Virus record (IMG/VR): IMGVR_UViG_3300020048_003360
Span: 144,023 to 208,022 of that record
DNA: 64,000 nucleotides
DNA from: a virus
Lineage: Duplodnaviria > Caudoviricetes
Direction: 5' to 3' (one strand)
In this document: one piece after another, positions 16,466 to 26,122 of the stretch
Numbering within the stretch: the stretch's first letter is position 1
How the letters are laid out: every line of letters begins with the position of its first letter
Translations under genes and position numbers: made by a program
The notes under the pieces: generated by a model
The model's input: the letters and a program-made list of their open reading frames with translations, nothing else
The model's database searches: none
What the model was told of the DNA's origin: nothing

Positions 16466-17209
16466 CTATTGAGAATTAAGTATTGTGGCCAGTGCTCTAG
16501 CTTGATTAACTGGCGTACTACTAAAACAATCCGATAATATATTATTATTCTCACTAGCTTTGACTCGTAACTCATCCATTAAGTCTGGATGTAAGCTAGT
16601 CCAAATAGTCCATAGCCTTAAGTATTCTTGCCATAAATCTATTTTAGTGTCTAATGGCGGTTTACCTTTACCTAACCGCCAGTTATTACTACCTGGACTA
16701 TGGGCTTTAACATCACACTGGTAGTGACTCTCTAGATATCTACCATCTGGCATTATCGCATATAGCGCACTAAAACGTTTATCTCCCACACTAGAGCACT
16801 CATACCCACCTTTACGCTGATACGTTACTGTTGGATTGGTATTCTTTATTCCATATTTTATTAAATATACTGGCTTATTTAGTTGTTTCATATAGTCCAT
16901 CATGTGTTTAGTACCATTGGACTTACCATCCCAAAAAACTAATAAAGCGTCAGCAAACTTACCCATTTCGGTATTTCTAATGTATCCTGCTTTCTTACCT
17001 AAGCCAGTCCAGTTAGCTGGAAATTCATATACCTTAATATTATTTAAAAGACCATATCTGTATCCTAGTTTATCGGCACCAGGTGCCATACCAGAAACAA
17101 TAGCAGTGTCTCTATTTATTACTTTTATTATATTGTTTATTGTGTCACTTAATAATTGATAGTTAGTAAATGTTCTAGTACCAGCTACAATTAATTTATA
17201 TTCATCCAT
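16466..17209 (-). CDS. SLOG (YspA/DUF2493) domain fused to a C-terminal NADAR-like domain
   Basis: N-terminus IVAGTRTF...IVSGMAPGAD...FPANW...GKKAGYIRN.EM...ALLVFWDGKS.GT..M is a typical SLOG pattern. C-terminus YECSSVGDKRFSALYA...E.HYQ..VK...GKGK; NADAR-like call is tentative. Confidence 0.7.
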   Translation of the reverse strand: MDEYKLIVAGTRTFTNYQLLSDTINNIIKVINRDTAIVSGMAPGADKLGYRYGLLNNIKVYEFPANWTGLGKKAGYIRNTEMGKFADALLVFWDGKSNGTKHMMDYMKQLNKPVYLIKYGIKNTNPTVTYQRKGGYECSSVGDKRFSALYAIMPDGRYLESHYQCDVKAHSPGSNNWRLGKGKPPLDTKIDLWQEYLRLWTIWTSLHPDLMDELRVKASENNNILSDCFSSTPVNQARALATILNSQ

Positions 17210-17283
17210 TTCACATTATCCTTATTCTAGAAACAAAAAAAAGAGATCACGCCAGTAGTTACACTGGTATGACCTCTTTGCTA

Positions 17284-17733
17284 TCAATTAGGACGTTTCT
17301 TATTCGTCCACTCCCAGTCATGTGGTGGAATAGATAATTCCACTCGTCCTACCATTGGTACATCTACCCATATCAGTAGATGTCCATCTGGTAGGGCTTT
17401 TGCCAATTCATCTGGAATCTCCTCTACTGAGACTCCTAATGAATTAGCCTTTTGGCCAGCCCGCACAGCGATATCTTGCCATGCATAATAAGCTGCCAAG
17501 GATAAAGACACGCGGTCAAGCGTATCGCCAAGGTCCTTCATTGCTACCACCAGGCAGTTCCTGACTGCCTGGAGGTCTGGGTAGACCAAACCCAGTAGTT
17601 CGTTAACCTCTGGTAACTTACCAGAGACCGCATCGACCTCTAGCAACTTATATCCTTCTCGTGACTGATGAAGGGTAGTCATTACTGCGTGGCCGACATT
17701 GTGTCGCACCAACATTTTGAACTGATTTTTCAT
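17284..17733 (-). CDS. Hypothetical protein, GC-richer than flanks
   Basis: 149-aa ORF, coupled by an ATGA overlap to an upstream 20-codon ORF. Confidence 0.65.
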   Translation of the reverse strand: MKNQFKMLVRHNVGHAVMTTLHQSREGYKLLEVDAVSGKLPEVNELLGLVYPDLQAVRNCLVVAMKDLGDTLDRVSLSLAAYYAWQDIAVRAGQKANSLGVSVEEIPDELAKALPDGHLLIWVDVPMVGRVELSIPPHDWEWTNKKRPN

Positions 17734-17792
17734 GTCAGTTCAGCCATTTCGTACTTCACCAACTCGTTCATACTACGTGTGTTCTTGTTCAT
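17730..17792 (-). CDS. 20-codon upstream ORF (MNKNTRSMNELVKYEMAELT)
   Basis: GAAGGAG RBS; TGA overlaps the next ATG. Confidence 0.45.
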   Translation of the reverse strand: MNKNTRSMNELVKYEMAELT

Positions 17793-17978
17793 GGTACTAC
17801 TCCTTCTTGCTACCGTTTGGTTCCCTCGTAGCACAGGGAGGTCAAATGACCTAGATGAGATAGATTACCATAATGTTCTCACATTAGTAATATGTGACTA
17901 TAAAAAACTGTAATGACACTTACGACATAAATAGATAACACTAAGTCACTAGTGTTATCTATTTTAAAATAATTTTAA

Positions 17979-18437
17979 TTATCTAGATCTAGCGGTTCGT
18001 TTATTAAAAACAACATTATAAGCATCATGTATAGAAATTCCATCTCTAGTAGCTATTTCTGCTAGAGTAGCAAAATCAATTACTACACCCTCTACTGGCT
18101 GTATTTCCGTAAATGCCTTTTTTAGTATTTCATGATCACTATCGGATATAGTGGGCTTAGATAATTTCTTAGCAATACGACGGATTAGTAAATACCCAAT
18201 TAAGTCAAAATCTACATCTTCATCTTCATCTGATTGACTACTGACTAATCTACTTAACTTATCATCAATTCGCACATTGATCTGTTCTATGTTCGAGGCT
18301 TTACTAAATACTCGTATAGGCTCTAATGCTGAATTACCATATTTTCGATTTTTAGAAATTAGCATTTCTTTAACTGCTTGTAGTTCATGTTCTAAATTAA
18401 CTACAAACTCATCATGTACTGTATCTTTAGATAACAT
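17979..18437 (-). CDS. DUF1599 / nucleotide-modification-associated domain 1 protein
   Basis: EMLISKNRKYGNSAL...INVRIDDKLSRL motif; directly downstream of thyA. Confidence 0.65.
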   Translation of the reverse strand: MLSKDTVHDEFVVNLEHELQAVKEMLISKNRKYGNSALEPIRVFSKASNIEQINVRIDDKLSRLVSSQSDEDEDVDFDLIGYLLIRRIAKKLSKPTISDSDHEILKKAFTEIQPVEGVVIDFATLAEIATRDGISIHDAYNVVFNKRTARSR

Positions 18438-18484
18438 TTATTTTTCCTATACTTTCACTATGGTTAAAAATATAACTTAGGTAC

Positions 18485-19441
18485 CTATACTGCCATTTTT
18501 GCTTTTATAGCTTGATGTGATTGATAATTTACTAATGAAATATCTTCTGGAGTAATTCTGGTAAATACTCCTGGAATATCCTTTATAGCCACTCTCTTAA
18601 TTTCATTACTTAGGTGTAGTGTGGGTAATTCAAAAGGAGTATTCTTTAACTGTAACTCTAGTGCTTCAAAATGATTACTGTAGATGTGTGCATTAGTAGC
18701 TTGAATAATTACTTTACCTGGCTTATATCCAGATAGTCTAGACATAATGGATAGAAATAATGCAGTACTGGCGATATTAAATGGTGCGCCTAAAAATAAA
18801 TCCCATGAACGGATTGTCATTACTACATGTAAAGTATCGTTTATAGGTGTAAATCGATAATCCATATGACAAGCTGGCAAACAAGCTAGGTCTATTTCAG
18901 CTGGATTCCACCCTGTTACAATAATGCGCCTATCTGATGGATTAGTAATAATGGTGTGTAGTGCTTTTTCTAGCTGATTAATAGATCTTTGTACTACATA
19001 TTCAGCGTCATAACCTACACCACCGTTTCCAATGTAAGTATATCCTAATTCACATAAACGTAAATATTCATCATGGTCTACTACTCTGGTGTCTTTCCAA
19101 TCAGTCCATTGAGCGCTATAAATTCTGCCTAGATCATCATGACCCTTACGATTTGGATTAGCTAACCATGCTGGTGTTTCATTAGCATTAGCGTCCCAAA
19201 TTCCACAACCTAAGATTCTAAATTCAGCAGCATTAGTATAGCCTCTAAAAAACCCCAACAACTCGCCCTTTAATGTATTAAAGGCTAGTTTCTTAGTGGT
19301 AATAGCTGGGAATGCCCCAGTAGATAAATCATACTCTAGTTGGGCACCTACGAGCGTTCTACAAGTTTGTTGTGTACGCTCATTAAATACATCAATACCC
19401 ACATCTCTACATTTAATCATTAGGTCTAAATAATTTTTCAC
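18485..19441 (-). CDS. thyA: Thymidylate synthase
   Basis: FPAITTKKL, LGRIYSAQW, SDRRIIVTGWNP, LPACH (catalytic Cys), RSWDLFLGAPFNIAS, NAHIYSNH. Confidence 0.95.
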   Translation of the reverse strand: MKNYLDLMIKCRDVGIDVFNERTQQTCRTLVGAQLEYDLSTGAFPAITTKKLAFNTLKGELLGFFRGYTNAAEFRILGCGIWDANANETPAWLANPNRKGHDDLGRIYSAQWTDWKDTRVVDHDEYLRLCELGYTYIGNGGVGYDAEYVVQRSINQLEKALHTIITNPSDRRIIVTGWNPAEIDLACLPACHMDYRFTPINDTLHVVMTIRSWDLFLGAPFNIASTALFLSIMSRLSGYKPGKVIIQATNAHIYSNHFEALELQLKNTPFELPTLHLSNEIKRVAIKDIPGVFTRITPEDISLVNYQSHQAIKAKMAV

Positions 19442-19445
19442 TCCA

Positions 19446-20405
19446 TTACTCCTTTGCTTGAGTTACGTCTAGATCGTTATTATAACGTCCTTTAGTGCGA
19501 TACATAAATTCTTCTGGTACAGCAGTATGTCTAAAGAAAACAATTTGACCTATAGCCATTCCAGATACTAATCTTAATGTATGGTATTTAAGTATGTTGG
19601 TAAGTTCTAATGTTAAGGTTGAATTATGCCAAGTCGCATCGCAGTTATGTACGTAACATCCTGCCTGTAGTGCAAAATTATGATAATCTTCTATTGTTAA
19701 ATCATAAACAGGTATAGCTACATCAAAGTTACGCCTCATTACTGAAGATACGTTATACCCCGTCATTTCGGCTATATTGTCATAAAACGGCATTACTGCT
19801 ATTCCTGTGGTAAGCATACTGGCTTTACAATATTCACCATTACGTAACATTACTAAATGGTCGTCAGTACATGAAAAGGACTTACCGTTATCTAAAGTAA
19901 TATCCAAAACAGTATTGACATGATTACTTATAAAACTTTTTTCAACATATCCAGGAACAAAATCACCATATGAGTCTAATGAATAAACCCACTCGCCTTC
20001 TTTAATATCCTTAATTTGTCTCACATGTCCATCTAAACATGGGATAAGTGTTTCGCCAGTTAGACACCAACCTGCCATACTGTGTTCTAAACCAGACCTA
20101 GCTAAACTACTCTTTAACATGAATTGAGCACTAATATTATCTGGTAAGTAAAACATTTCTTTAGTAGATGCCAAACAAAATTGACTAGGACATAAATCTA
20201 CCTGATAGTTATATGGCCTCATAATTGGTTTTTGTCTTAAAGATAAATCAATAATATTATTATCATAATTTGGTGTTGTTTCTAATAGAAAACTATCACC
20301 TAAATGTAGATCAATAGAGGCAGCATTAATAGATTCTCTATCTACACCACGAATAACGCCAGTTTCTACTAATTCTAATAATTCTACTGCAGATAATAAA
20401 CTCAT
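19446..20405 (-). CDS. dcd: dCTP deaminase with an internal mini-intein
   Basis: INAASIDLHLG, KSSLARSGL, AGW|CDATW..LTLEL, IGQIVFF; 141-aa insert after AGW. Confidence 0.9.
   Translation of the reverse strand: MSLLSAVELLELVETGVIRGVDRESINAASIDLHLGDSFLLETTPNYDNNIIDLSLRQKPIMRPYNYQVDLCPSQFCLASTKEMFYLPDNISAQFMLKSSLARSGLEHSMAGWCLTGETLIPCLDGHVRQIKDIKEGEWVYSLDSYGDFVPGYVEKSFISNHVNTVLDITLDNGKSFSCTDDHLVMLRNGEYCKASMLTTGIAVMPFYDNIAEMTGYNVSSVMRRNFDVAIPVYDLTIEDYHNFALQAGCYVHNCDATWHNSTLTLELTNILKYHTLRLVSGMAIGQIVFFRHTAVPEEFMYRTKGRYNNDLDVTQAKE
19644..20066 (-). mobile_element. Mini-intein (141 aa, no endonuclease)
   Basis: Block A CLTGET, block B SCTDDHLVM, block F VYDLTIEDYHNF, terminal HN followed by +1 Cys. 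Confidence 0.92.
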
Positions 20406-20411
20406 CTTTAT

Positions 20412-20636
20412 TTATTCCTTATTCTTTATATAATCAGAAAGTATGTTAATGAGTACTGCGAATACAAACATAATAGACTGCAGTACTAAATAACCAATTA
20501 CGGTAGTGCCACCAATACTATAAACTATTAAAATGGTTAGTAATGTAGCCAAAACACCATCTAAAGCATATTTTTTAAGAAACTTAATTATAGAACACCC
20601 ATTACTACATGTATTTAGCTCATCTACTTTATCCAT
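20412..20636 (-). CDS. Small membrane protein
   Basis: 74 aa with two hydrophobic segments. Confidence 0.55.
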   Translation of the reverse strand: MDKVDELNTCSNGCSIIKFLKKYALDGVLATLLTILIVYSIGGTTVIGYLVLQSIMFVFAVLINILSDYIKNKE

Positions 20637-20649
20637 TTTATCACCTAAT

Positions 20650-20973
20650 CTAGTTAATGGCTGGAGGTAACGATAATCGCACTATAGTAGGAGCTACTCC
20701 AGTCTCAAATAAACGTATCCAATCTTTGATTTCACCAGTGTCCACTAAACAATATCTAGCATCCATGGTGTTTTCATCAGACACACTACCTAGTATAATA
20801 CGAAATGCTCTATTGATAAGAAAACGTAATAACTTATTGTCAGTAGTATTTAATCCATCTGGATGTAAGTGACACATCCAATCAGTGGGTCTTTGATGTC
20901 CTAATTTAATTAAAACGTCATTTACCATTTTTATTAAATCAGTATTAGTTTCTTCAGTTACGGTATTGTTCAT
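20650..20973 (-). CDS. Conserved hypothetical protein
   Basis: 107-aa ORF coupled to the uvsX stop codon. Confidence 0.6.
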   Translation of the reverse strand: MNNTVTEETNTDLIKMVNDVLIKLGHQRPTDWMCHLHPDGLNTTDNKLLRFLINRAFRIILGSVSDENTMDARYCLVDTGEIKDWIRLFETGVAPTIVRLSLPPAIN

Positions 20974-22418
20974 TATAGAAATTCCTTTTTAATAGTTTTC
21001 TTGTCTGCTTCTAACCAATATGGTACATAGGGATTGTCTTTAAGACGCATCCGCATTAGATCCATAGTACTTAGAAACGGAATAGGATGTTTATCGTTGC
21101 CTGTAGTCCACCAACCCCTAGTACTAAGGAGCTGATTCCAATCGTATCCCAATGCAGTTAAATCATCGTATAATTGCTTTGGTGTACATATTAATTCTTT
21201 ATCTAACTTATGCCAAAGATTTTGGATCTGACACATCTCTGAAGTAATGTTTAGTGCTCTACGTAACTTAGGATCATTATCTATCTTACTACGCACGGTA
21301 GTTCTAGATAGTTTTACATCTGGATATAGTGCTAAGCTATAGTTCTGTACATTACCTTCTAAACCAAATCTACCCATTTCTTTGATATAGTGGAATTCAG
21401 TTAGACTAGGCAGTACGCCTTCGGATTGAGATACTATTAAAATTAACGTCATCCCACTGGTACCAAACTTACCACGTAGATTACGTAGATGTACTGTATT
21501 TAGATCAGTATCGTATTTTAACTTATCTTCAGAATCTCTAGGATATAATGGACCATCTCCATCTGCTTGCATCAAAGGACGACTATCGAAACAATGCCAA
21601 CAATTATGAGTAGCAAAAGTAAATTTATCAGTAGCTCCTTTAATCTTATCGCCATTCTTTAAATGCTTTAGTTTTGTGATGGGCATATCCCTACCACCAC
21701 CACCTGACTGCATTGCTGATTCTTTACCGATGTGGGCCACCATTAGTAAATAGTTATACGAGCCACAATTTAATCTAGGTGCTTCCATTAGTAGTCGTGT
21801 TTTAATTAGACCTTGACGCATATGAATTGTATTACCACCAGACTCACCTAATGCATTATCGTCTTGCATTTTAATAACGTCAGATGTTTCAAATTCAGTA
21901 AAACTATCCATTTCAGTAAAGGTAGGTAAGTTAATCATTAATTGACTTTTTAAATCTCTACCTAAGAACGGAGTTTCTACTTTATTCTTATTAAAGTTTT
22001 TAATTTTATCTTCACAAAAACTCTTATGGAGTTCATACCACTTTTCACCAGTATAAACAATCTTATCAGTAACTACCCATCTACCAGTGAGTAATATATC
22101 TTCATTAGCTAATTCAGGAATTCTTCTAGCTAACTCAGCTAAACGTGATTCACTTACGTTTACTTCTGTATCGTATGTATTTCCAAATGAACCTCTGATA
22201 CGAGACATAGCTGTAAAAGCCTGGTAGTGCATTATGGTCGATTTAAAACTATTACCCATACCTACTATACCAGTCAGTGTAGATAGTCCACCATTGAGTA
22301 TTGATTCGCCATATCTGCCAGTTTCAAAAGTACCGGTAGGTATATCTAAACCAGCACCTATATTTATAAGTGGTTTAAGAGGCGTACTTGGTATAAATGT
22401 TTGGTTATATTCCATCAT
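20973..22418 (-). CDS. uvsX: RecA/UvsX-like recombinase (phiKZ gp152-like)
   Basis: Walker A-like GMGNSFKST, YDTE, Walker B-like EMDSF, LLMVAH. Confidence 0.75.
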   Translation of the reverse strand: MMEYNQTFIPSTPLKPLINIGAGLDIPTGTFETGRYGESILNGGLSTLTGIVGMGNSFKSTIMHYQAFTAMSRIRGSFGNTYDTEVNVSESRLAELARRIPELANEDILLTGRWVVTDKIVYTGEKWYELHKSFCEDKIKNFNKNKVETPFLGRDLKSQLMINLPTFTEMDSFTEFETSDVIKMQDDNALGESGGNTIHMRQGLIKTRLLMEAPRLNCGSYNYLLMVAHIGKESAMQSGGGGRDMPITKLKHLKNGDKIKGATDKFTFATHNCWHCFDSRPLMQADGDGPLYPRDSEDKLKYDTDLNTVHLRNLRGKFGTSGMTLILIVSQSEGVLPSLTEFHYIKEMGRFGLEGNVQNYSLALYPDVKLSRTTVRSKIDNDPKLRRALNITSEMCQIQNLWHKLDKELICTPKQLYDDLTALGYDWNQLLSTRGWWTTGNDKHPIPFLSTMDLMRMRLKDNPYVPYWLEADKKTIKKEFL

Positions 22419-22526
22419 TAATCCTTTGTGTGTTCAGATTATGTAGTTAGTGAATTATTTTTTACTCGCATCGTAGATCATTATTCTATGACCTTATTCT
22501 TATTAATAATCTATTTAGGACACATC

Positions 22527-23528
22527 ATGGCAGCTACAGCAACTAAGTACACAACACTCCAACAGTTCGTAGGAAAAGCAGCTGGAGAGGCACTTACTGA
22601 AAAAGACGTTCAAAAAGGTTTGGCATCTACTGATAAATCTGTAGTTAAGTTAGCTAGACACGCTGAGCGTCGTTTAAAGTCTCCTAAAGTATCTAAAGAA
22701 GAATATAGTGAACTAAATGGTAGTAGAATCTTAAGTAGTCAAATTAAGATGGAAGCATTTTCTGGTGGTAGTGTAAAGAGTTTAATTAATGATTCTTTAC
22801 CAGTTCTAATAACTGATATAAAAAGCTTTTTTAATAGATTCACGTCCGACACACCAACAATTGGACTACGGAGTAATCAAAGAGACTTTATTAAGGACGT
22901 TAGTAAGCATGCCTATTTAGACATCGCACCATTAACTGCATACGTACCAGAAGGTCTCTCTACTACCTATCTAGAGTATTCTAAACCATTGTTAGAATCA
23001 GCACTACATGCTTCAGGAATGCTAAAGAGTACTTTATCTGACTATACTTTATTTCTAGGTAATCTAATTAATAATGCCGATAGTAGATTATCAGTAACTA
23101 ACTTTACTAGAGAGCATGAGAAACTAGAACGCAATAGACATATCTTGAATGGCGATATTGGTGATTGTTTTGATAAAGGCAGTGTTAGGAGTGAAGTTAG
23201 TGTAGATAAAGTAATCGATAGAAATTCTGATTGGGAAGCTGTTTTTAATAATATTAATTCAGCTGTAAAGCTCATTGAGAGTGTAGATCGTAAGGCATTA
23301 AATAAGAAGATTGCTGAATCAGTTACTCTCTTAGATATTATTCTAAAGAAAATTGAACGTGATGAATTCAGTGGTATGTCTCCAGAGGGAATTAATAATC
23401 TCAGTATGGGTGCATATCAGATGGCATCTGAGTTAGAATTCTTTAGTATTACATATTATCGAATTTTAGCACTAGCTACTAGTGTGGATAATACTCTTAT
23501 CCATTATAATAAAGTCATGAAAAAGTAA
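22527..23528 (+). CDS. Probable virion structural protein
   Basis: AGGA RBS precedes MAATATKY at 22527; contains xxE motifs (KMEAF) like phiKZ head-protein processing sites (inference). Confidence 0.55.
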   Translation: MAATATKYTTLQQFVGKAAGEALTEKDVQKGLASTDKSVVKLARHAERRLKSPKVSKEEYSELNGSRILSSQIKMEAFSGGSVKSLINDSLPVLITDIKSFFNRFTSDTPTIGLRSNQRDFIKDVSKHAYLDIAPLTAYVPEGLSTTYLEYSKPLLESALHASGMLKSTLSDYTLFLGNLINNADSRLSVTNFTREHEKLERNRHILNGDIGDCFDKGSVRSEVSVDKVIDRNSDWEAVFNNINSAVKLIESVDRKALNKKIAESVTLLDIILKKIERDEFSGMSPEGINNLSMGAYQMASELEFFSITYYRILALATSVDNTLIHYNKVMKK

Positions 23529-23533
23529 TATAA

Positions 23534-23577
23534 CGTCATAAAAGCCAGAGCATACTATAGCTCTGGCTTTTATGATG
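23534..23577. terminator. Bidirectional hairpin
   Basis: cgtcataaaagccagagc / gctctggcttttatgatg. Confidence 0.8.
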
Positions 23578-23581
23578 CTAG

Positions 23582-23965
23582 TTATGCAGTTTCCATTGAC
23601 TTATAGTTCTTTAGGATGGTTTCAATATCATGCACCATAGCTTCTGTATCGGCGTATCGTAACCACTTAGGTGATACATCTATAATTGAATTTACGGTTC
23701 TCGATAAGGAATATGGATCAATAATTAATTCTTCTGGTGTTTTATTACTCCATATACTACCACTAAATGATAGTGGTAATTTCATCGCATCTTCAACAGT
23801 ACATAGTCCTAATAAATTATTAAGCTTATGCATAGTTTCAATAGATGGATTATGGGAATCTACTAATCTCCCCAATAGTGAAGTAAGAAATACTAATCTT
23901 TTAGTTTTCTTTGGTATTAAAATACTACCTAAAAAAGAAAAGAAACTATTTTTAATTAAAGACAC
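23582..23965 (-). CDS. Hypothetical protein
   Basis: 127-aa ORF downstream of RNase H. Confidence 0.6.
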   Translation of the reverse strand: MSLIKNSFFSFLGSILIPKKTKRLVFLTSLLGRLVDSHNPSIETMHKLNNLLGLCTVEDAMKLPLSFSGSIWSNKTPEELIIDPYSLSRTVNSIIDVSPKWLRYADTEAMVHDIETILKNYKSMETA

Positions 23966-23977
23966 AATATGTCTCCA

Positions 23978-25480
23978 TTAGTTAGGAATTATTCTACGAT
24001 TAGAATAAACACCACAATATATTGCTCTACCATCATCTACTTCAACAATAGTAGCATATCGCATCATATCAGGTGAATCCATCCACGTAATAACAGTTAT
24101 TTTGGGATGTAATGTCTCTAATTTCTTTAAGGCATTTCTATTTAAAATATCTATGCCTAGAGTCATTACAATATTAATAAGGCCGGGTCCAACACTAGTA
24201 AGATATTTAACATATACACTTAAACTAGAATATCCACTATCGTATTCTGGATTTAACTTTAAACTAGTTGTAACTACACCTTTCTTATTTGTTTTGGTTT
24301 CTGTTGTATAGAGAATATCCGTAATATCAGTTGTAGTGATATCAGGATGCTTTTCTAAGTACTGATCTAATAGATTAGATAATCTACTAATATTCTCTAC
24401 AGCCCGCATACAGAGTTTTGGTGGATTAAATTCATATGTTATCGGCTCTCTATAATCGTAACCATCATTATTTTTAACTAGCGCAAATAAATCTAATCTA
24501 TTATGACTAATTTTATTTATAGCCAAATCACCATATAGATTAAGATCACTATAGATATTACCTCTATATACAGCATCTAACCTAGCCATTATGATGCTAT
24601 CAGAACCATATGCTATTTTAGATTGATAATTTCTAATTAGTTCTAATATTGTATCTGGCTCATGTAGTATTACTACGGAATAAGCACCATCACTAGTGCG
24701 AGCACCAAACGAATCATCATCTTTATCGGTATCGCCTAGATAATATACAGCTGGTTTTATATATTCTGGTAATGTATTAAAAAACATACGACTACTAGAA
24801 ATTAATGGATGATGATCACCAGTATTTGTTTTCCAATAACCAATTGGTGATGTGGTAACTACTTCTGTAAAAATTCGTTTTCGCATAGCTGCAGTTACGG
24901 CTATAGTGGCTAATTTATCAGCTAAAACATTACCCAGTATATCGCTATGACCTTTGACCCAACTAATCTTTACTTTAATGCCACGTTGAGTTAATATTGA
25001 TTTTGCCTCTATCAACTCTTTCCATTCATCAATATTGGCTGGTTCATTACCATCTTGTTTTTGCCAATTATTTCGTATCCAGGTAGTTACCCAAAAATCT
25101 AACCCTTTACGTACATATTCACTATCTGTAAATAAATGTACTTCAGCAATATCGAAATCTTTAGCGTGTTTTAATGCACTAATAGCTGCTGTTAATTCAG
25201 CTACGTTATTACTAGCCTGTGATAATGAACCATATCCATCAATATAGTGCACTGGAATTACTTCGTTGATAGCTAAATCCGCATCAGTACCTAACTTAAG
25301 TACATAACCAGCCGTCGTTAGGGCATGACCAAATGTTCCTGGTATCTTTTTTTTCAGATCACTATCGTACATATAACCATGCATTCCCCATCCAGCAAAC
25401 TGACTATTTTCTTTAGATCCACCATCTGTATATAAAACAATTCCTTTTCTACAGTTATCCAAAGAGTCTACTTTAAGCAT
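23978..25480 (-). CDS. rnhA: Ribonuclease HI with C-terminal extension (phiKZ gp155-like)
   Basis: YTDGG, NNVAEL, FTDSEYV, WIRNNW, WVKGHS...GNVLADKLA. Confidence 0.9.
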   Translation of the reverse strand: MLKVDSLDNCRKGIVLYTDGGSKENSQFAGWGMHGYMYDSDLKKKIPGTFGHALTTAGYVLKLGTDADLAINEVIPVHYIDGYGSLSQASNNVAELTAAISALKHAKDFDIAEVHLFTDSEYVRKGLDFWVTTWIRNNWQKQDGNEPANIDEWKELIEAKSILTQRGIKVKISWVKGHSDILGNVLADKLATIAVTAAMRKRIFTEVVTTSPIGYWKTNTGDHHPLISSSRMFFNTLPEYIKPAVYYLGDTDKDDDSFGARTSDGAYSVVILHEPDTILELIRNYQSKIAYGSDSIIMARLDAVYRGNIYSDLNLYGDLAINKISHNRLDLFALVKNNDGYDYREPITYEFNPPKLCMRAVENISRLSNLLDQYLEKHPDITTTDITDILYTTETKTNKKGVVTTSLKLNPEYDSGYSSLSVYVKYLTSVGPGLINIVMTLGIDILNRNALKKLETLHPKITVITWMDSPDMMRYATIVEVDDGRAIYCGVYSNRRIIPN

Positions 25481-25539
25481 ATTATGTCCTGATATTTAGT
25501 TTGGCTATACTATCTAGAGATAATATTAAAAAACACTAT

Positions 25540-26052
25540 TTACTTTTTATCGATACAATCTAGAGTATATGTACTATGACTTCTTATTAAGAGTTTCATA
25601 CTACTATCTATATACTCATGTAGTTCTAAAATATGTTTCTTTTCTACTTCTACAATAGTGGCTAAATCACCATCCTGTACTTTAGATATTTCTTCTAATG
25701 GAAACTTTGGTTTAGGTGGGAAAACTGGTAATATATAATTATCACATCTATACGTATCATTTTTTTCTATATTTAAGAAATCCAATGCCACACCAGTAGC
25801 CACTAAAACTTCTGGTTTGAGTATTTTTAACTTAGCATTAAGTACCTTATTGTCGTTTTCTATAGCTATGTATTTATTAGAGATAAAAAATAACCTTTCT
25901 ATAGTGATAAAATTTAAACCAAAAGAACTAAAAATAAGACAAATAAAAATTACCTTTTTTCTATCTGTTACCAAAGCCTCTAGAAAGGTAATTTTACCCA
26001 GTACCATTTCTTTAATAAATGGCCATAATAAATTAAAAAATTTTAATATCAT
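25540..26052 (-). CDS. Hypothetical membrane-anchored protein
   Basis: 170 aa with hydrophobic segment VIFICLIFSSFGLNFITI. Confidence 0.55.
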   Translation of the reverse strand: MILKFFNLLWPFIKEMVLGKITFLEALVTDRKKVIFICLIFSSFGLNFITIERLFFISNKYIAIENDNKVLNAKLKILKPEVLVATGVALDFLNIEKNDTYRCDNYILPVFPPKPKFPLEEISKVQDGDLATIVEVEKKHILELHEYIDSSMKLLIRSHSTYTLDCIDKK

Positions 26053-26122
26053 AAATCATCAATATCCTAGTTAAGTAAATTTTAGTTATTTTATGATCGT
26101 CAATAACTGAAGGAACATCATA

